NCBI GenBank assembly: GCA_017550745.1
Contig: JAFZOG010000137.1
Location: 27,291 to 91,290, forward strand
From: Clostridia bacterium
GTDB lineage: Bacteria; Bacillota; Clostridia; Christensenellales; Aristaeellaceae
DNA: 64,000 bases
Direction: 5' to 3'
The notes under the pieces: model-generated
What the model was told of the DNA's origin: nothing
The model's database searches: none
Seen by the model: only the letters and a program-made list of their open reading frames with translations
Shown: positions 27,781 to 35,620 of the stretch, one piece after another
Layout of the letters: the number at the start of each line of letters is the position of its first letter
Position numbering within the stretch: the first letter of the stretch is position 1
Made by a program: the position numbers and the translations under genes

Positions 27781-28938
27781 TTGAGAAGGATTGCGGCGTG
27801 GTTTTTTATCCTTGCCCTGCTTTTCGGAGGATTGCCGGGCGCATTCGCCGTGGAAGACAGCTATGTGGTTGTCGACGACGCTGACGATGCGCCGGATCCT
27901 GTTTTTCAGGCAAGGGTCATGATGCGGCGGATGAGCGATTATGAAAAAATCTGCCAGCTGTTTTTTGTTTCGCCGGAGATGCTGACCGGCGAAAAGCGCG
28001 TTTCCGCGCTGCCGGATGAGGGCAATGTGTTTTCCCTGTACCCTGTAGGCGGCGTCATCCTGTTCGGCCAGAACATCGAATCGGAAGCGCAGCTCAAACA
28101 GCTTACAGCCCAGATGAATGCCCAGGCAGACGCGGCGAAGCTGTATCCGCTGTTTATCGGGGTGGATGAAGAAGGCGGCCTTGTTTCCCGGATCGCCAAT
28201 AAGCTGGGCTATGATCCGGCCATGTCTCCGGATGAAATCGGAAAAACAGGCGACGACAGCCTGGCCTATGCCGCGGGGCAGTACATCGCCGGGTATCTCA
28301 AGCCCCTGGGCATCAACCTGACCTTTGCGCCCACTGCCGATACCGCGCTGGATGATTATGTGGCGGGGATGCAGTACTATGGGGATGACCCGGAATCGGT
28401 TTCCCGCTTTGCCTCCGCCATGGCCCGGGGCCTGCGGGAGGGCGGCGTCGTGCCATGCTACACGCATTTTCCCGGCCGCGGCTCTTTTGAGGGCGTGACG
28501 CTGAAAAAGCTGTCCATCAAGCGGACAGTAGCGGAGATGCGCGATTCCGAGTGGATCCCATTCCGGCGCGCCATAGATGAAAACATTGAAATGATCATGG
28601 TTTCCCATGGCCTGATGCGGCTGATGGAAGAAGAAATCCCCGCCTCCACTTCCAACCGCGTCATCAACGGCCTGCTGCGCGGGGAATTGGGATATCAAGG
28701 AGTGGTGATTACGGATTCCCTGCGGATGAATGTGATCGCTTCCAACTATAAAGCGGGCCAGGAAAGCGTAGCCGCATTGAAGGCGGGCGCGGATATGCTG
28801 CTCCTGCCGCCCGACCTGAACAAAGCGATCCTTTCGATTCAAACGGCGATCAGCCAGGGCGGGCTGTCCATGAAGCGGATCGAAGAAAGCGTCGCGCGTA
28901 TCCTGGCGCTGAAGATCAGAATGAGCACGGCGAATTGA
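27781..28938 (+). CDS. glycoside hydrolase family 3 N-terminal domain protein (NagZ-like beta-N-acetylhexosaminidase), exported
   Basis: TTG start 7 nt after AGGAGG. An N-terminal hydrophobic anchor is followed by the GH3 blocks GGVILFGQN, FIGVDEEGG and GINLTFAPTAD. Confidence 0.75.
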   Translation: MRRIAAWFFILALLFGGLPGAFAVEDSYVVVDDADDAPDPVFQARVMMRRMSDYEKICQLFFVSPEMLTGEKRVSALPDEGNVFSLYPVGGVILFGQNIESEAQLKQLTAQMNAQADAAKLYPLFIGVDEEGGLVSRIANKLGYDPAMSPDEIGKTGDDSLAYAAGQYIAGYLKPLGINLTFAPTADTALDDYVAGMQYYGDDPESVSRFASAMARGLREGGVVPCYTHFPGRGSFEGVTLKKLSIKRTVAEMRDSEWIPFRRAIDENIEMIMVSHGLMRLMEEEIPASTSNRVINGLLRGELGYQGVVITDSLRMNVIASNYKAGQESVAALKAGADMLLLPPDLNKAILSIQTAISQGGLSMKRIEESVARILALKIRMSTAN

Positions 28939-29025
28939 TTTAAAAGGGCTTGACAAATCTGGTATAATATATGTTGCGCAGAAAGCAATGGAAACTGTTC
29001 TGCAATGTGAAGGAGAGAAGGATTT

Positions 29026-30159
29026 ATGGTTAAGGTCAACATCATTTCCGGTTTTCTCGGCGCTGGTAAGACCACGCTGATCAAAAAGCTGCTGGGCGGC
29101 AAAATTGCCAAAAAAAAAGTCATCCTGCTGGAAAACGAATACGGTGAAATCGGCATTGACGGCAGCTTCATGAAGGAAGCCGGCATCACTGTAACGGAGC
29201 TGAATTCCGGCTGCATCTGCTGCACCCTGGCGGGCGACTTCCAAAAGTCCATTGACGAACTGATCGACACCTATCATCCCGACCGTATCCTGGTGGAGCC
29301 CACAGGCGTCGGCAAACTGAGCGAGATTATCGCCGCCGTGGAAAAAGCCAGGACCCGGCATGATGATCTCGTCATCGCCGGCTGCGCTACCGTGGTGGAC
29401 GCAAGCAAGTGCCGCATGTATATGAAAAACTTCGGCGAGTTCTTCATCGACCAGGTGAAGTCCGCAGCCACCATTATTTTCAGCCGCACCCAGCTTCTGA
29501 CGGCTGACCGCGTTGAAAAAAGCCGCGCCCTGATCCTGGAGCAGCATCCGGATGCCCGTATCATCACTACGCCTTGGGACGATTTGGACGCGGACACCGT
29601 GCTGGAAGTGATCGAGAGCGGCAAGCCTATGGAAATCCATATTGAATTGGACGATGATGGGGAAGAGGACGAGCACGGGCATCATCACCACCACGATCAC
29701 GATGAAGAGGAACACGAGCATCATCACCATGACCACGATGAGGAGGAACACGAGCACCACCACCATCATGATCATGATGAAGAGGAGCATGAGCACCATC
29801 ATCATGATGAAGAGGAGCATGAGCACCATCATCATGATCATGAGCACCACCATCACCACCACCATCCCGGTGAGCACGACGCGGACGAAGTGTTCGACAA
29901 TGTGGGCGTGGAAACGGCCCGCCGTTTCACCGAGGATGAGATCCGCAGCATGACGGACGCGCTCAGCGACCAGGAGGAATACGGTTTGATCCTGCGGGCC
30001 AAGGGCATCCTGCAAAAGCCGGAAGGCGCGTGGTTTGAGTTTGACTATGTGCCCGGTGAACTGCAGATCCGTCCCAGCGCGCCGGACTACGCGGGCCGCC
30101 TGGTGGTCATCGGCACCAACATCGACCAAAACGCGCTGAAAGCGCTGTTCCAAATTTAA
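29026..30159 (+). CDS. COG0523/CobW-family G3E GTPase (putative metallochaperone) with His/Asp/Glu-rich insert
   Basis: Walker A GFLGAGKTT, metal motif GCICCTL and a CobW_C-like end (…GLILRAKGIL…VVIGTNID). The insert reads EDEHGHHHHHDHDEEEHEHHHHDHDEEEHEHHHHHDHDEEEHEHHHHDEEEHEHHHHDHEHHHHHHHPGEHD. Confidence 0.85.
   Translation: MVKVNIISGFLGAGKTTLIKKLLGGKIAKKKVILLENEYGEIGIDGSFMKEAGITVTELNSGCICCTLAGDFQKSIDELIDTYHPDRILVEPTGVGKLSEIIAAVEKARTRHDDLVIAGCATVVDASKCRMYMKNFGEFFIDQVKSAATIIFSRTQLLTADRVEKSRALILEQHPDARIITTPWDDLDADTVLEVIESGKPMEIHIELDDDGEEDEHGHHHHHDHDEEEHEHHHHDHDEEEHEHHHHHDHDEEEHEHHHHDEEEHEHHHHDHEHHHHHHHPGEHDADEVFDNVGVETARRFTEDEIRSMTDALSDQEEYGLILRAKGILQKPEGAWFEFDYVPGELQIRPSAPDYAGRLVVIGTNIDQNALKALFQI
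29771..29838 (+). repeat. perfect 30-bp tandem duplication inside the poly-His coding tract
   Basis: atcatgatgaagaggagcatgagcaccatc occurs at 29771-29800 and again at 29801-29830, followed by 8 nt of a third copy. It is in frame. Confidence 0.9.
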
Positions 30160-30168
30160 GGATATACT

Positions 30169-31119
30169 ATGAAAACGACGCAAAAAATCGCCGGTGTGTA
30201 CATCGTGACCGGTTTTATCGAAAGTGGAAAGACCACCCTCATCCACTCCATGCTGGAGGATAAGGGCTTTTCCCGCGGCGAAAAGACCCTGATCATCAGC
30301 TGCGAGGAAGGCATCGAGGAATACGACGAAGCGCTCCTCAAGGATAACAATTGCACCCTGGTGACCATGGATGACAAAGACCAGTGGACGGAGGAAAGCC
30401 TTCGGCGCATCGACGCCCAGGTACAGCCCGAGCGGGTCATCATCGAGTACAACAACATGTGGACCATCGACTACATGGGGAAGGTGGAAATGCCTGCCCT
30501 GTGGCGGGTGGTGCAGGTGATCACAACCGTGGACGCCACCACCTTTGACAACTATATGGCCAATGTGCGCACTATCCTGACGGACCCCATGAAGGAAGCC
30601 GATCTGGTGCTGTTCAACCGTTGCACAGAGAGCATGCCCAAGAGCCAGTGGCGCCGGGCCATCCGGGCGCTGAACCCTAACACCAACATCCTCTTTGAAA
30701 ACAAAGACGGCACCTCTGAGGACGGCATCGCCGATGAAGATCTGCCATACGATATGAAAGCGGAAATCATCGACATCAGCGATGACCAAATGGGTATTTT
30801 CTACATTGATTCCCTCGACCATCCTGACCGCTACGATGGAAAAACCGTGCGCTTTGTCGGCCAGCCTTTCCCGGACAAAGCGATTCCGGAAGGATACTAT
30901 TATTTCGGCCGCCTCGCCATGACCTGCTGCGCCAACGATATTCAGCAGATGGGCTGGGTGACGCAGGGGAATTTAAAGCCAAGCACCCGCCATTTCTACC
31001 GTCTCACCGCAAAGTGCCACAAAATGACCGGCGGCGACGGCCAAGCGATCCTCACTTTCTCCGAAGTGAGCTATGAGCCTGCCGCACGGCCGCGGGAAAA
31101 ATATATCACCTTCAATTAA
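30169..31119 (+). CDS. G3E-like P-loop GTPase lacking CxCC, fused to a DUF1980/TIGR03943-type C-terminal CC domain
   Basis: The start lies 9 nt after the upstream stop, with an AAGGA RBS. The P-loop is GFIESGKTT, and SCEEG occupies the CxCC position. The C-terminal …YYYFGRLAMTCCANDIQQMG… resembles the CCxxD motif domain of TIGR03943 proteins. Confidence 0.65.
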   Translation: MKTTQKIAGVYIVTGFIESGKTTLIHSMLEDKGFSRGEKTLIISCEEGIEEYDEALLKDNNCTLVTMDDKDQWTEESLRRIDAQVQPERVIIEYNNMWTIDYMGKVEMPALWRVVQVITTVDATTFDNYMANVRTILTDPMKEADLVLFNRCTESMPKSQWRRAIRALNPNTNILFENKDGTSEDGIADEDLPYDMKAEIIDISDDQMGIFYIDSLDHPDRYDGKTVRFVGQPFPDKAIPEGYYYFGRLAMTCCANDIQQMGWVTQGNLKPSTRHFYRLTAKCHKMTGGDGQAILTFSEVSYEPAARPREKYITFN

Positions 31120-31178
31120 CGCGCAAATTGCCAGACATTCTTCCGCGCGGGAAGTGTGATGAACACACAGAATAAACC

Positions 31179-31242
31179 AGTCCACCGGGAAATTCGACAG
31201 CGGGGTGTAGCCCGTTTTCGAACACGAACCGGTGGACTTTTG
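31179..31242 (+). terminator. long-stem intrinsic terminator after the G3E pair
   Basis: AGTCCACCGG (31179-31188) pairs with CCGGTGGACT (31229-31238). Inner TTCGA/TCGAA and CGGG/CCCG helices are present, followed by TTTTG. Confidence 0.6.
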
Positions 31243-31340
31243 CTTGTGTTCAGGATAAGGTTGGGTAACCATGCAATCGGTCTGAAAAAGCATAAATCAC
31301 AGGGCATAAGGGACATTTTGCACCCGCAATAATCTGCAAA

Positions 31341-31380
31341 GAAAAACCCCTCCAGCCCTTCGTTATCAAGGCTTTCGGGG
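31341..31380 (-). terminator. terminator downstream of tRNA-Thr
   Basis: The minus strand reads AAACCCCGAAAGCCTTGATAACGAAGGGCTGGAGGGGTTTTTC: a CCCC/GGGG outer stem, an inner AGCCTT/AAGGGCT stem and a T-run. Confidence 0.55.
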
Positions 31381-31382
31381 TT

Positions 31383-31458
<76 letters not shown>

Positions 31459-31577
31459 AAGAACCGGTCAACGGAAGATATATTATCACATCAGCGGAGA
31501 AAAAGCAATAGGAAAAATGAAAAAAATGAAAAATTTCTGCATTTTCTGCATCTGGTCAAGTTTAGCATCGTAATTAT

Positions 31578-31610
31578 AACAAAAAACGAAGCCCTGCTGC
31601 AGGCTTCGTT
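31578..31610 (-). terminator. intrinsic terminator after tRNA-Cys
   Basis: The minus strand has a 9-bp stem AACGAAGCC / GGCTTCGTT with an 8-nt loop, followed by TTTTGTTATAA. Confidence 0.65.
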
Positions 31611-31615
31611 ATCAG

Positions 31616-31687
31616 AGGCGCCATCCGGATTCGGACCGGAGAGTAAAGGTTTTGCAGACCTTCGCCTTACCACTTGGCTATGGCGCC
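31616..31687 (-). tRNA. tRNA-Cys (anticodon GCA), no encoded CCA
   Basis: GGCGCCATAGCCAAGTGGTAAGGCGAAGGTCTGCAAAACCTTTACTCTCCGGTCCGAATCCGGATGGCGCCT. It has discriminator U, the A13-A22 mismatch seen in other tRNA-Cys, and the unusual T-loop TCCGAAT. Confidence 0.9.
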
Positions 31688-31695
31688 TTAAAAAA

Positions 31696-31771
31696 TGGAG
31701 CGGTAGACGAGGCTCGGACTCGCGACCTCCACCTTGGCAAGGTGGCGCTCTACCAACTGAGCTACTACCGC
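31696..31771 (-). tRNA. tRNA-Gly (anticodon GCC), CCA encoded
   Basis: GCGGTAGTAGCTCAGTTGGTAGAGCGCCACCTTGCCAAGGTGGAGGTCGCGAGTCCGAGCCTCGTCTACCGCTCCA. The T-loop is TCCGAGC. Confidence 0.9.
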
Positions 31772-31782
31772 TTATTGAAAGG

Positions 31783-31855
31783 TGCCTTGGGGCGGAATTG
31801 AACCACCGACACTGTGATTTTCAGTCACATGCTCTACCGACTGAGCTACCAAGGC
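31783..31855 (-). tRNA. tRNA-Phe (anticodon GAA), no encoded CCA
   Basis: GCCTTGGTAGCTCAGTCGGTAGAGCATGTGACTGAAAATCACAGTGTCGGTGGTTCAATTCCGCCCCAAGGCA. Confidence 0.95.
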
Positions 31856-31860
31856 AGATA

Positions 31861-31938
31861 TGGCGACCCGGAAGGGGCTCGAACCCTCGACCTCCAGCGT
31901 GACAGGCTGGCATTCTAAACCGACTGAACTACCGGGCC
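31861..31938 (-). tRNA. tRNA-Asp (anticodon GUC), CCA encoded
   Basis: GGCCCGGTAGTTCAGTCGGTTTAGAATGCCAGCCTGTCACGCTGGAGGTCGAGGGTTCGAGCCCCTTCCGGGTCGCCA. Confidence 0.95.
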
Positions 31939-31948
31939 AGATTTTGAG

Positions 31949-32021
31949 TGGGAACAACAGGGCTCGAACCTGTGACCCTTTGCTTGTAAGGCAAATGCTC
32001 TCCCAGCTGAGCTATGCTCCC
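31949..32021 (-). tRNA. tRNA-Val (anticodon UAC), no encoded CCA
   Basis: GGGAGCATAGCTCAGCTGGGAGAGCATTTGCCTTACAAGCAAAGGGTCACAGGTTCGAGCCCTGTTGTTCCCA. Confidence 0.95.
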
Positions 32022-32060
32022 CCGCTCCTCCGCATCGGCTTCCCGCGCGGCACATATGGT

Positions 32061-32089
32061 ATATTATCAGATGAATCGGGTTTTGTCAA
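32061..32089 (-). promoter_or_regulatory. tRNA operon promoter TTGACA-N17-TAATAT with upstream A-tract
   Basis: The reverse complement reads AAAAAAATGTATTGACAAAACCCGATTCATCTGATAATATACC, about 40 nt upstream of tRNA-Val. Confidence 0.7.
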
Positions 32090-32299
32090 TACATTTTTTT
32101 AACAAAAATTCTTTGCTTCAGTGGAACCTGTAATCGCTGTTCCCATGAGTTTTTCGCTTTGTTTTTCCTTTGATCGGCTTCCTGATGCGGGAATGGTAAC
32201 GTTTTCAGCCGGAAAATCTAATAAACTTGAAAAAACACTTTTCAGGTTCCGTCTGGTTGTGATATAATAATAGGAATCAAGCGACTGGAGGGAAGCACC

Positions 32300-33208
32300 A
32301 TGCGCAGCATGACGGGCTATGGACGGCGGCAGGGCAGCCGGGATGGACGGGAAATGACGGTGGAGGTCAAAACAGTGAACCACCGGTTTCTGGATATTGC
32401 TTTCCGTATGCCACGGGCACTGTCCTTTGCCGAAGAAGCGGTGCGGAGGCAGATCAGCGCATCTTTAAAGCGCGGGCATGTGGACGTGAACGTGACCTAC
32501 CTGAACCTGCGCCAGGACGCCCGGGTAGTACAGGTGGACGAAGGGCTCGCCCGGCAGTATCGGGACGCCATGCTGCACGTGCGCAGGACGATTTTTGAGG
32601 TAGGCGTTCAGGCGTCGCCCGACGAAATCCGTCATTTAAGCGATCAAGATGTAACGTTCATCGCTTCCCAGACGGATGTGATGCAGGTAACCGTGGCGGA
32701 GGAAGACCAGGAAGCCGTGCTTTCCCTGCTCAGCGAAACCCTGGCCCTGGCGCTTGACGATGTGGCCGCCATGCGGGAAAAGGAAGGCGCGGCGCTCCGG
32801 GAGGATTTATTGCTTCACCTGGGGGAGGTCAAGCGGCTTCGGGATGAGGTCGCGGTTCTTGCGCCGAAAGTTCCCCTGATCTATCAGGAAAAGCTGCAAG
32901 CCCGCATCCGGGAGTTGGGCGTCCAGGAAGTCGATCCTCAGCGGCTGGCACAGGAGGTGGCCCTGATGGCGGACCGCTGCGCTATCGATGAAGAACTGTC
33001 CCGCCTCCTGTCGCACATCGAGCAAATGACCGGCGCCATTCAGTCAAACGGAGAAACGGGACGCCGCCTGGATTTCCTCACCCAGGAGCTGAACCGCGAG
33101 GTGAACACCATCGGCTCGAAAGCGTCCGACGCGGAAATCACGAAGCTGGTGGTGGCCGCTAAGAGTGAAATCGAAAAGCTGCGCGAACAGGTGCAGAACG
33201 TGGAGTAA
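32300..33208 (+). CDS. yicC: YicC/YloC family stress-induced protein (endoribonuclease)
   Basis: MRSMTGYGR…[12 protein letters not shown]… start and the C-terminal [15 protein letters not shown] block. Confidence 0.9.
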   Translation: MRSMTGYGRRQGSRDGREMTVEVKTVNHRFLDIAFRMPRALSFAEEAVRRQISASLKRGHVDVNVTYLNLRQDARVVQVDEGLARQYRDAMLHVRRTIFEVGVQASPDEIRHLSDQDVTFIASQTDVMQVTVAEEDQEAVLSLLSETLALALDDVAAMREKEGAALREDLLLHLGEVKRLRDEVAVLAPKVPLIYQEKLQARIRELGVQEVDPQRLAQEVALMADRCAIDEELSRLLSHIEQMTGAIQSNGETGRRLDFLTQELNREVNTIGSKASDAEITKLVVAAKSEIEKLREQVQNVE

Positions 33209-33215
33209 TGAAGGA

Positions 33216-33455
33216 ATGAAGCTGCTGAATGTAGGCTTTGGCAATATGGTGTCCGCGGGACGGATCGTGGCGGTGATCGCGCCGGATTCCGCGCCCGTCA
33301 AGCGCATGATCCAGGAGGCGCGTGACGGAAACCGCGTCATCGACGCCACCGCGGGACGCCGCACCAGGGCTGTGCTGATGATGGATACGGGCCATGTAGT
33401 GCTGTCTGCCGTGCATCCGGAAACCATCGCCGGAAGGATGCAGAGCGAAGAATAA
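33216..33455 (+). CDS. remA: extracellular matrix/biofilm regulator RemA (DUF370)
   Basis: [36 protein letters not shown]… The track ORF start 33165 overlaps yicC. Confidence 0.85.
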   Translation: MKLLNVGFGNMVSAGRIVAVIAPDSAPVKRMIQEARDGNRVIDATAGRRTRAVLMMDTGHVVLSAVHPETIAGRMQSEE

Positions 33456-33494
33456 TCAAATCGGATTTCATTACGAATGAAGGGGGTTCGATGC

Positions 33495-34094
33495 ATGAAG
33501 GAAGAAAGAAAAACCATGCTGATCGTCATTTCCGGCCCGTCCGGCGTGGGCAAGGGCACGATTTTTAAACGCCTGCTGGACAATGACAAAAGCCTCACCT
33601 TTTCCGTCAGCGTCACGACCCGGAAGCCGCGGATCGGGGAAGAGGACGGCGTGGACTATTTCTTTATCACCGATGCGGAGTATCAGGATCTGCTGGAAAA
33701 GGACGCTTTCCTGGAGCACGCCACCGTGCATGACCATAGCTACGGCACGCTCAAAAGCCAGATTGAGGAAAAGATGGCCCTTGGAAAGAACGTGGTGCTG
33801 GACATCGACCCGCAGGGCGCCAGGCAGGTCATGGCCAAATGGCCGGACTGCGTGTCCATTTTCCTTCTGCCCCCTTCCTATCAGGCGCTGCATGACCGGC
33901 TTTACAGCCGAAAGACCGAGCCGCCGGATGTGATTGAGCGCCGCCTGAATAACGCCAGGGGTGAAATCGATTCAGCCGGCCTGTATCAATACAATGTGGT
34001 GAACGATGACCTGGAATTGGCCTGCGCTCAGGCCACTGCCATCATCGCCGCCGAAAAACAGCGCACAAATCGGTATTTCCCGGTTGTGGAATAA
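33495..34094 (+). CDS. gmk: guanylate kinase
   Basis: P-loop ISGPSGVGKGT plus TTRKPR.GE.DG.DYFF. ATG 33495 follows AAGGGGG; 33477 and 33516 are alternatives. Confidence 0.9.
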   Translation: MKEERKTMLIVISGPSGVGKGTIFKRLLDNDKSLTFSVSVTTRKPRIGEEDGVDYFFITDAEYQDLLEKDAFLEHATVHDHSYGTLKSQIEEKMALGKNVVLDIDPQGARQVMAKWPDCVSIFLLPPSYQALHDRLYSRKTEPPDVIERRLNNARGEIDSAGLYQYNVVNDDLELACAQATAIIAAEKQRTNRYFPVVE

Positions 34095-34116
34095 AATCTT
34101 TGAGGAGGATATGAAT

Positions 34117-34332
34117 ATGCCTGTGAATAAACCCGCCATTGACGAACTGGATCAGAAGGTAGACTGCCGTTACACCCTGGTGGTGGAAAGCGCCAAGCGC
34201 GCCCGCGAGCTGGTGGGCGGCTCCCAGCCCCTGGTCGATCCCAAGGATATGAAGCCGGTGTCCATCGCAGTGGACGAAATCAACAAGGGCCTGCTGGCCT
34301 ATCACCGGAACCTGGAAGACGAAGAGGAATAA
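34117..34332 (+). CDS. rpoZ: DNA-directed RNA polymerase subunit omega
   Basis: …DCRYTLVVESAKRARELV… The ATG lies 8 nt after GAGGAGG. The longer track ORF overlaps gmk. Confidence 0.85.
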   Translation: MPVNKPAIDELDQKVDCRYTLVVESAKRARELVGGSQPLVDPKDMKPVSIAVDEINKGLLAYHRNLEDEEE

Positions 34333-34339
34333 AAGCATC

Positions 34340-35566
34340 ATGCCGCTGAATGGAAAAAATGTGGTGCTGGGCGTGACGGGAGGCATCGCGGCGTATAAAG
34401 CGTGCGAGCTCACCTCCCGCCTGCGCAAGGCCGGTGCGCAGGTGTATGTGGTCATGACGAAAAACGCCTGCCAGTTCGTTGCGCCCCTCACCTTTGAAAC
34501 GCTCAGCAGCCATCCTGTGGTAACGGATACCTTCGCCCGCCCTGACACCTGGGAGGTGGAGCACATTGCCCTGGCAAAGCGGGCGGACGTATTCGTGATC
34601 GCCCCGGCCACCGCCAACATCCTGGCAAAGATGGCCCACGGCATTGCGGACGATATGCTGTCCACCACCGTGCTGGCCACCAAAGCGCCGGTGCTGGTGG
34701 CTCCGGCCATGAATACCGGCATGTGGGAAAACATGGCGACAAGGGAAAACACAGAGCTGCTGCGGAAACGCGGCGTTCGCTTCATCGGGCCGGAGGGCGG
34801 CTTTTTGGCCTGCGGCGATACGGGCGCGGGCCGGATGAGCGAGCCGAAGGATATTCTCGGCGCCGTCACGGACATCCTGTGCCCCAAGCGGGACTTGGAA
34901 GGGCTGCGGGTACTGGTGACGGCGGGGCCCACCCAGGAAATCATCGACCCCGTGCGGTATATCTCCAACCGTTCCAGCGGCAAGATGGGTTACGCCATCG
35001 CCAAAGCCGCGGCGGACCGGGGGGCGAAGGTGACGCTGATCACAGGGCCGGTGAGCCTTTCCGTGCCCCAGGGTGTGGAGGCCGTACATATCCGGTCCAC
35101 GCAGGATCTGTATGAGGCTGTGACCGTTCGCTGCCAGGAGATGGACATTGTGGTGCAGGCCGCTGCGCCTGCGGATTTCACGCCGGCAGAGGCTGCCGCC
35201 CAAAAGATCAAGAAACAGGGCGACGGGGATCTGACGCTGGTTCTGCGCCAGACGCCGGACGTTGCCGCCCAGGTGGGGAGGCTGAAAAGGCCCGGCCAGG
35301 TGCTGGTGGGCTTTGCCGCCGAAACCAATGATGTGCTGGAAAACGCCCAGGGCAAGCTGAAAAAGAAAAACCTGGATATGATCGTGGCAAACGACGTGAC
35401 AAAGCCCGGCGCGGGGTTTGACGTGGACACCAACATCGTCACCTTCGTGACGGCCGGCAAACAGGAAACCTTGCCCTGCCTGCCTAAAACTCAGGTGGCG
35501 GAAGAACTGCTGAACCGGGCGATGGCACTTTTTCAAAAACGTCAGAACAAAAGCGAAGCGGAATGA
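34340..35566 (+). CDS. coaBC: bifunctional phosphopantothenoylcysteine decarboxylase / phosphopantothenate-cysteine ligase
   Basis: N-terminal flavoprotein block VLGVTGGIAAYKA…PAMN..MW and C-terminal ligase block ISNRSSGKMG….AAAPADF. Confidence 0.9.
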   Translation: MPLNGKNVVLGVTGGIAAYKACELTSRLRKAGAQVYVVMTKNACQFVAPLTFETLSSHPVVTDTFARPDTWEVEHIALAKRADVFVIAPATANILAKMAHGIADDMLSTTVLATKAPVLVAPAMNTGMWENMATRENTELLRKRGVRFIGPEGGFLACGDTGAGRMSEPKDILGAVTDILCPKRDLEGLRVLVTAGPTQEIIDPVRYISNRSSGKMGYAIAKAAADRGAKVTLITGPVSLSVPQGVEAVHIRSTQDLYEAVTVRCQEMDIVVQAAAPADFTPAEAAAQKIKKQGDGDLTLVLRQTPDVAAQVGRLKRPGQVLVGFAAETNDVLENAQGKLKKKNLDMIVANDVTKPGAGFDVDTNIVTFVTAGKQETLPCLPKTQVAEELLNRAMALFQKRQNKSEAE

Positions 35567-35620
35567 GCCTGTAAGCGATTTACGGGCTTTTCCCGAAGCA
35601 GCGCAAAGGAGGCTCCTCAG

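Noticed and set aside
28939-29025. Zur box or cobalamin riboswitch upstream of the G3E pair
   Set aside because: No TCGTAAT-N-ATTACGA-like palindrome is present, and 87 nt is too short for a B12 riboswitch. I saw only an extended -10 (TGGTATAAT) and an imperfect hairpin (TTGCGCAGAA…TTCTGCAA).
27631-30822. 1063-aa ORF on the minus strand, the longest in the window
   Set aside because: It runs antisense to three well-supported plus-strand genes (GH3 and both G3E GTPases). Its product is low-complexity (Arg/His/Val-rich, plus an MVVVMVVLMIMMM stretch that mirrors the poly-His codons) and has no RBS. It is a shadow ORF typical of high-GC coding DNA.
31491-32102. 60-80-aa ORFs across the tRNA cluster
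   Set aside because: They are translations of tRNA genes and their spacers. The tRNA cloverleaves explain the sequence.
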